The notes below the pieces were generated by a model that was given only the letters and a program-made list of their open reading frames with translations, did no database searches and was not told where the DNA came from. Both the position numbers and the translations under genes were made by a program. From positions 21,885,504-21,949,503 of the forward strand of contig OZ037765.1 of assembly GCA_964035545.1 (NCBI GenBank): a stretch of 64,000 nucleotides of DNA, given 5' to 3'. Of this stretch, positions 56,801 to 64,000 are shown one piece after another; positions within the stretch are counted from its first letter, which is position 1, and each line of letters opens with the position of its first letter. Origin of the DNA: Bugula neritina (lineage: Eukaryota; Animalia; Bryozoa).

Positions 56801-59800
56801 GTATCGTCAAGTTCAGCACAGAGCTTGTTAATGTATAGCTGCTGATCCCGAGATTTCTGGTAGAATGTGGGAGCTCTAACATGAAACCTACATAACAAAC
56901 CTACTGCAGTCTATCTATATATAAAAAGAAGTAGTTTTATCTCTCATTAGAAATGGTGCTGCTAAAATAGTAAAAAGAACTTAAAAAAATTTCAAGATCT
57001 AGACGAGGTTACGGCGATTTTATAACAAAAATACAAATAGCATTTATAAAGGCATCAGTTATAATTGAATATAATTATTCTTCATATTTACACAAATATT
57101 ACATAGACTTTTAAAATAATATTACTAAATTTCTATAAATAAAACTTACCGCAGTGTGAGAGTATCAGTTGTAGTGTTGAGATATCCTTCATTGGCCAAC
57201 AAATCTAGTCTAAAGAACCTGTTGTAACCCCAGCACTCACCAACTTCAAAATCAGAGGCAAATTCTCTAACAATGTTCTTTGACGTATCTTGACCTTGTT
57301 TATATATCATCTCCACTCTGTATTCATATCTGGTGAGAAATTGTAGAAGTATTACATCACTAGACTACACCAATTAGCACTACACTGAAAGACCACAACA
57401 AAATGATAAGTGAATCAACAAACTGCTGACAACATTGTACATTGTTTCTTGCACTTTGATGCTACTGAAAAAGGTAACCAAATAAAATAACCAGTTTTAA
57501 AGAAGAAAATTGAAGTTTTGGCTTTTTTGATAAAAAAAGTAAACGGCAAAGTGTTATATCATTTTAGTTGGTCATGTTGACAACAGACTTATCTGTAACC
57601 TACTTTTTTAGTTTTTAAAGACACAATGAATTAAATTTAAATGCCATGCTAATTGTAATGGTGCTTTATATTAATTTGCAACTTACTTAGTATAATCTAA
57701 CGATAGAAGATTTTCCAAATTATTTATAAAACTTGGTAGATTGTCAAAAAATTACATAATTTGACTTGCATTTTTTAAAATTTTTGAACAGTGACTAAGT
57801 AGTGCCTCCATAGAGCTTCAGTGACGTCAGTCAGCTGCTTTCAAAATTTCAAAAAAAGAGTGATTAAATCCAACAGTCTTTTGGTTTTATATAATCAACC
57901 GCTTGAATTGCAATCTCAATACAATATTTTGTTATTTTTAATTTCTTTTACTCACATTTACATAGACCAGAAGTTCTAATATAAATTTTAGGTCTCAGCA
58001 AATTATAGCAAAAGACTTTTAGGTGAAATTATCAGTGAAAAAGAAACTAGTACAAAGTCCCCATGCATATGAAATATGACCTTGGATAAGCTATAGCACA
58101 TGTATCTAGAGATTCAGTTCAACATGACTCATAGCTGACCCAGAGCTCATAAATGACAGGTAGACAGTGCCTTAGGTGACAGCAACAATAAAGTTACATA
58201 ACCAACCTTATCTACAAGGACACAGGAAGCTTCCAAAGTAGACTGCTTTATCAGAAAGATCTTGAAGGACATGTTTATAAAAACAACAACTTATCTCTTG
58301 TGTAAATTTGAACATGATAATGCCCAACTAAATTAAATGTTTAGTCCTAAATCTTAATAGAAAAGTCTTTTTCAAAGACTGGGGCCATCTAACTGAATAG
58401 AAATAAAATTTTGCACATAATTGACAGAACAGCAAGTTTGTAATGTGCAATATTAGAGTAATTAATAAGAAAACTTTCTAAAACTGCTAATTAGAATACA
58501 TAATTTTACCAAAAATATTTCCTGCACTTTCAAACCTGATTTTGATTGCATTTTTGTGATAATTTTATACAAAATTGGTGACAATGTATTGTACAAGTCC
58601 CTTACTATACTCTAGGTTTACAAATCTAAGAAGAACTTACTTTGAAGTCTCACAATAACCGCTACCAAGTTCAATAAAAACAGATAAATAGTTTCCTCTC
58701 ACCACTCCATTACCATCCTGAAAACACGTGTATCTTTGCTTTAAAAATATTAGCTTTTGCATATATTCAAATTCTGTGACAGACTTAAACACAATGCATT
58801 GTTACACATTATTTCACATTTTATATTCAAGAATTATTCACATTACCATATCACTATCAAACTTACAGCAATACAACCAAACACAATTTCTACACCACTA
58901 ATAGTATTTATTAATATATATAGGTTTTGTGATAGAATTCTTATTCAAAGATATATTAAAGTTACAGCTAGTTGAAGCAATGTTTTAATTATCAACATTC
59001 CTGCATCAAAAAATAGAAAAACCCATTAAATATAAATACCAAGCTCATGGTATAACTTTCCCTTTACACAGCTGGTAATATTACTGGTTAACACCATCAA
59101 TCAGACTGCTAGAACACATTGCATCACCTACTGCTGGAACACATTGCACCACCTACTGCTAGAACACATTGCATCACCTACTGCTAGAACACATTGCACC
59201 ACCTACTGCTAGAACACATTGCACCACCTACTGCTAGAACACATTGCACCACCTACTGCTAGAACACATTGCACCACCTACTGCTAGAACACATTGCACC
59301 ACCTACTGCTAGAACACATTGCATCACCTACTGCTAGAACACATTGCACCACCTACTGCTAGAACACATTGCACCACCTACTGCTAGAACACATTGCATC
59401 ACCTACTGCTAGAACACATTGCACCACCTACTGCTAGAACACATTGCACCACCTACTGCTAGAACACATTGCACCACCTACTGCTAGAACACATTGCACC
59501 ACCTACTGCTAGAACACATTGCACCAACTACTGCTAGAACACATTGCACCACCTACTGCTAGAACACAATGCACCACCTACTGCTAGAACACATTGCACC
59601 ACCTACTGCTAGAACACATTGCACCACCTACTATTAGAACACATTGCACCACCTACTGCTAGAACACATTGCACCACCTACTATTAGAACACATTGCACC
59701 ACCTACTGCTAGAACACATTGCACTAACTACTGCTAGAACACATTGCACCACCTACTGCTAGAACACAATGCACCACCTACTGCTAGAACACATTGCACC

Positions 59801-62724
59801 ACCTACTGCTAGAACACATTGCACCACCTACTATTAGAACACATTGCACCACCTACTGCTAGAACACATTGCACCACACTCACCGGATACACTTTGAGTC
59901 TCCAGCTCACGCAGCCAACATCCATAGGCTCACTGTATACAGGATCAGCTCTCTGTTGTAGCACCGAGAAGTTTCGTATAGTGAATGTGCTAGAGTCATA
60001 GGGGGGAACTATTTCACTAAAACATGCAGCAATTACATTTATACACACAAAGCCTATCACATTTTAAAGCATTCAACTGCCAATATATTTTATTAACTAT
60101 GTAAACTGTAGATATATTATATTAATTATTTATATTTTTAAAACATGAAACTGTGAATATATTATATTAATTATTTATATATTTATTGGCTCCTATTAAC
60201 TCGGGTTTGTTAAAACATCCCCCTACCTTAAGAAATCAGCAGGCACAGCACCCGTAACCACTGAAGGCATGGGTTGTTTGCACACCTGCTGAGCTATTTG
60301 AATCAGATTAGCGGCCTGGCTAATCAAATGAGATTTCGAGCTCCTACGAGATTCATCCTCTATTTGACTAATCACCGTGTCTAACACTTCCGTCTCCTCC
60401 GTCAATTTAGTCTTTTGTCCTGAAAGTGTAAAATGGAAATACTTTTGACATGCCTCAAGATTGTAGGTCATAATTCTTTTATCACTTTAATTTATATGTA
60501 AAAAATCAAATCGTACACAAAAAAGTGAAGAAATGTAACCTACCATTATTGCAATAATTATCATTACCAAAGCAGTAAGCACACAAATAGCATGATAAAT
60601 ACAGCATCACTACATTGCTATAACTTACTAAGGATGTTACTGATTAACGATATTATTGGCACTACTATATGAAAATATACTGTATGAAAACATTCCATAT
60701 GAAAACAGCATAGGAAAATATTTTGTATGAAAACATACTATATGAAAATATATTGTATGAACATAGTCATCATTGAGAACATTATCACGGTACTCACTAG
60801 TCAATGTGTCCAGTTTAGACTTGAGCTGAACTTCCAGCCTGTGAATCATCTGCTCCACAGCATTTCTAATTTCCCTCACCTTTTCATCTTTTGCTACTTT
60901 TACATTCTCAACATTCTTTTCCTACAGTTTCAGATGTACAATATGCAGCGACTAACTGAATATAACTATAAAACAGGGAAATTCAGATTACCTTAATTGT
61001 TTTACTTTCCCAATATTGAACATGCAAAATGGTGCTAATTACATTCTATTTGTCTTTACTAGCACATTTGCATATTTTCAAAGAATAAGTATGAAAGAGA
61101 AAGAAATAATAGCAGAATAAACATATTTTAAAAATCTAAAAATAAGAACCAACTTACTACGTCTTGCATGAAACTAATTAGCTCAACATGTCTTCGCTGT
61201 ACTTTCAAAGTTTCTGCTTTGATCAACTGGCATTGTTCTGAGTAAATTGTATCTAGTGGCTTAAAGCTATGTCCATTATGCTGAAAAAAAAATTCCATAT
61301 ATTTTATTTGAAATTTCATTATGCATAAAATATAAGTCTTGCATAGAGATCATATCAAAAAGCAGAAAACTAAAGCAGTCAAGAAGAGCATATAGGAAAT
61401 GAGCATACTTTGCCAGCCCATAATGCACATTGATGGCAGATAGACTTGCTGCAAGTTGTACAGTACACAGTGAGCTTGTCTTCGTGAGTTGAACACCTAG
61501 AGGTAAAAAGTGATCTGAATTCTCCATAATGTTAATATATTAAAAGAAACAGAAAATCTCTCACAAAACTTTCTGCATAAAAAAATAGCTGCTTGAAAGA
61601 ATTACAACAGAAATTTCTCAATCGGATGAACCAAAATAAACTCACATGTCATTTCCCAGACCCACTCGTTTAGAGGTTGATGGCGCAGCTAGCTGTAGAG
61701 TGTCTAGTTGCTGTGTTACCTCTTCCGCCCAACGGCAATTCACCAACTCATGCAAATGCAATGATGCTCTACAAATTTACAGCTATGTGTTTCAAGAAGG
61801 AAAACAATGAAAAGAAGATAACTATAGACTGATTGTTGATAGTAATTTCGATGATGCAACATTTAAAAGTTACCGGCAATGTGGGCACTGAGATCTTTGT
61901 TCTGTCAACCATCGCTATGAAAAATAAAATAATGGAGCAATAAACAATCATAAGAAGCTGATCTTAATGCAATATAGTCAAAATTTTCAAGTCAACTACA
62001 AATAGTTCAAAATTTAAAAAATGATTGCAAAAGCTTTACTTACCCTTATGCAAGGGAAACAGCACAGCTTTGAACAATGCGGGCAGAGTCTGGCATCTTT
62101 CAAATTTTCCATGCAAATAAAGCAGCGGAAAACTTCGACTAAACTCTGCAAAACAGAAAAATCATCTACGCATGTTCTGAAACAGAAGCATTATTTCAAT
62201 TCCAATGTATTAAAAACTACAGCCACAACCTGCTTATACAAGGTGCTTATCAAAACAAATAATAAATCTTAAAAATTAAATAAACTTTGAGAGCTTATTT
62301 TCAGATAGTTATACAGAAAATAATACAGCAACACAGTGTATTACAGTGCATATTACAGTTTGGTTGTGATGATATGCAAGCTTAATTTTATTTTATACAT
62401 TTAGTCAATATTAGCCTCGTATACTGACTAAATACATACATTTAAGGTTAAGATTGAGTTTAGAAAAATATTTATCTGAAAAGCAAAAAGTATTGAAGTA
62501 CAAAAATCTAGTTTTAAAACCTTTTAACATCATTTACAACACACATCTGTGAATACTGAGCATGTCTCCGAAAAAAGATTAACTGTAACTAAAAACAAGC
62601 ATCTATTTTAAATACACAGACATGTAATAGCCATAACCAATATATATCAATATAAATTTTACTTATTAGCTAAATTTATTACCTCCATTGTGCGACCATC
62701 GCTGCTGCCCCCACAAGCAGCCAT
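47852..62724 (-). CDS. TRIM37: E3 ubiquitin ligase TRIM37 (RING, B-box, coiled coil, MATH, acidic tail), 19 exons, about 952 aa
   Basis: Exons 62683-62724, 62044-62145, 61874-61914, 61646-61768, 61409-61496, 61158-61280, 60798-60921, 60227-60419, 59884-60016, 58641-58717, 57150-57329, 56727-56887, 56132-56283, 55736-55921, 55145-55547, 49121-49354, 48734-48994, 48270-48465 and 47852-47891 join in frame (2859 nt). Motifs [125 protein letters not shown]. Confidence 0.96.
51907..52476 (-). pseudogene. KolX / P2X7 cytoplasmic ballast-like zinc-binding protein, frameshifted (exons 52321-52476, 51907-52120)
   Basis: Across frameshifts it reads [79 protein letters not shown]. This matches the recalled family pattern WC..E..CC..CIT.HPGF..YR..YR...W......R..LP.C....IR..FP. 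Confidence 0.75.
53678..54368. mobile_element. Non-autonomous piggyBac-type element (691 bp) nested in the Kolobok element
   Basis: TTAA TSD (53674-53677, 54369-54372), CCC...GGG ends, TIR CCCTTACGCGATCAA versus CCCTTTGGCGATCAA (13/15). Subterminal direct repeat GATCAATGGACCATATATG at 53687 and 53730. No ORF. Confidence 0.88.
55345..55412 (-). repeat. 24-bp coding repeat (YTVGSEEQ) x about 3 in the TRIM37 acidic region
   Basis: [25 protein letters not shown] in exon 15. Confidence 0.85.
59105..59877. repeat. 25-bp minisatellite, about 31 copies, starting just inside a TRIM37 intron
   Basis: Unit ACACATTGCACCACCTACTGCTAGA repeated head-to-tail with few variants; ends a few nt from the donor at 59883. 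Confidence 0.97.
60668..60765. repeat. Degenerate about 15-bp tandem repeat (TATGAAAAYAT...)
   Basis: About 6 imperfect copies in a TRIM37 intron. Confidence 0.7.
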
Positions 62725-63848
62725 CACTTAGTAGGACCAAGTTCACTTTCCGGGAGCAGGATCACTTCTTGTACAGTCGGTAGTCAAGTCATCACAACAG
62801 GTAAAAGGAACAAGACTAATCCTATAATTAATGATAATTGTAATAATAACTGTAGTAATTAAGCTCTGTTACAAGCTTAGTTATGACTGTATTGTAACTT
62901 AACCCAAACCCCGATCTCACAGAATAACAAGGCATAGATCAGAAATTCAAATTAGACGACAACCTAGACCGCTAATAATTATAACAGTAACCCCTTATAA
63001 AACCTATTCTACCAAAGTCTTTTACCTAGCCCCAGAACTATCACTATCAAAGATAATCAGAATAATTATCATATAAGCCCGATGCTTACACAAGTGCTAG
63101 TACTACTAGTAGTTAAAGTACAACATTATCATTATTCACTATGTCTTATGATTATAGTTCTTCATATTCATATTGATTAGTCATTGAACTAATCACTTAT
63201 GATTTATGAGTTTGCTAATGTTAAAGAGTTACAACATTTAAAATTAAGTTATAACTTAGCCTACGTTTTATAAACTAATCACAATTATATTCATAATGAG
63301 TTGATAATCACTTTATGATAATGTTATATTTAATAACTTATAAGTAAAAGCATTCCTATTAGTATTAGTATTACTATTAGTATAACTACAACCGTAAATA
63401 ACTAAATTACTAAATATTATTAAGCGAATTATTATTATTAACATTAATAATTTATAGTGAATAATAATAATAATAATATTAAGAATATTATAATTACTTA
63501 TACTTATAGTTATATTCAATCATCAATCATGATCATTCAAATGACTTTGCAAAATTGAAATTAATATATTTCGTTTTATTTAAATATAAAATTTAAACTT
63601 AAACATAGAAGTGTGCAATGATATTGCATTTGCAGACCTATAACAGCATAACTATAAGTAACTGTAAGCGTAGTAAATAGAAGTATGCTGTATTTAAACC
63701 CCGAGGTTGCGAACTCTCACTGAATAACAAAGCTAGAGTTAGTCCGAGAACAAGCTTTAATTACTAAGCAGCCAGTGATTAATTTTTCATGAACAAAAGA
63801 TGCGTGCTGTTTACGAAAGCCGCAGCAGTTGTGATTCTGATTATCCAT

Positions 63849-63999
63849 AATAGTTCTATAAGCAGCTCCAAGTTGGTGGTGAATGGGTGCAGTAGTTTGA
63901 AGAGTCTCGAGTCTCTCGCTGGGGGACATAACCCCAAACGCAAGACCTCTAACTACTGCACTCCTTCACCACCAACTCGGAGCTGCTTATATAACTATT
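63849..63999. mobile_element. Inverted-repeat core of a fold-back/MITE-like element, probably truncated by the window end
   Basis: AATAGTTCTATAAGCAGCTCCAAGTTGGTGGTGAATGGGTGCAGTAGTT (63849-) is the reverse complement of the last 49 bp (to 63999) with 4 mismatches, around a spacer of about 50 bp. Confidence 0.75.
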
Positions 64000-64000
64000 T

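Noticed and set aside
59105-59877. CRISPR-like array
   Set aside because: Units are head-to-tail with no unique spacers, in a eukaryotic intron with no cas genes; it is a minisatellite.

Overview
AT-rich, intron-rich eukaryotic (invertebrate animal) genomic DNA. I assembled spliced gene models by hand from splice sites and reading-frame phase. The conserved genes are the 5' part of ARF6 (-), whose first coding intron is U12-type (minor spliceosome); a class I Rab11-FIP (+, about 1028 aa; C2 domain, nine NPF motifs, Rab11-binding domain); DNAJC27/RBJ (+, 264 aa); NAPRT (-, 543 aa); and TRIM37 (-, about 952 aa). Two genes have no product I can recognise: a 7-exon coiled-coil gene (-, about 815 aa), and a gene (-) with a decayed 5' half but 8 intact 3' exons ending in KSPxK repeats. 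TRIM37 intron 15 holds a TTAA-flanked, about 5.3 kb decayed Kolobok-type transposon. It carries a frameshifted KolX/P2X7-ballast-like gene and a nested piggyBac-type MITE. Other features are a tRNA-derived SINE head, a 25-bp minisatellite, microsatellites and fold-back elements. The most unusual non-coding pattern is a class of cryptic, 3/6-nt-periodic, often palindromic tracts. They recur just downstream of predicted first splice donors, in host genes and in both transposon genes. No database searches were run; all homology calls rest on recalled family motifs.
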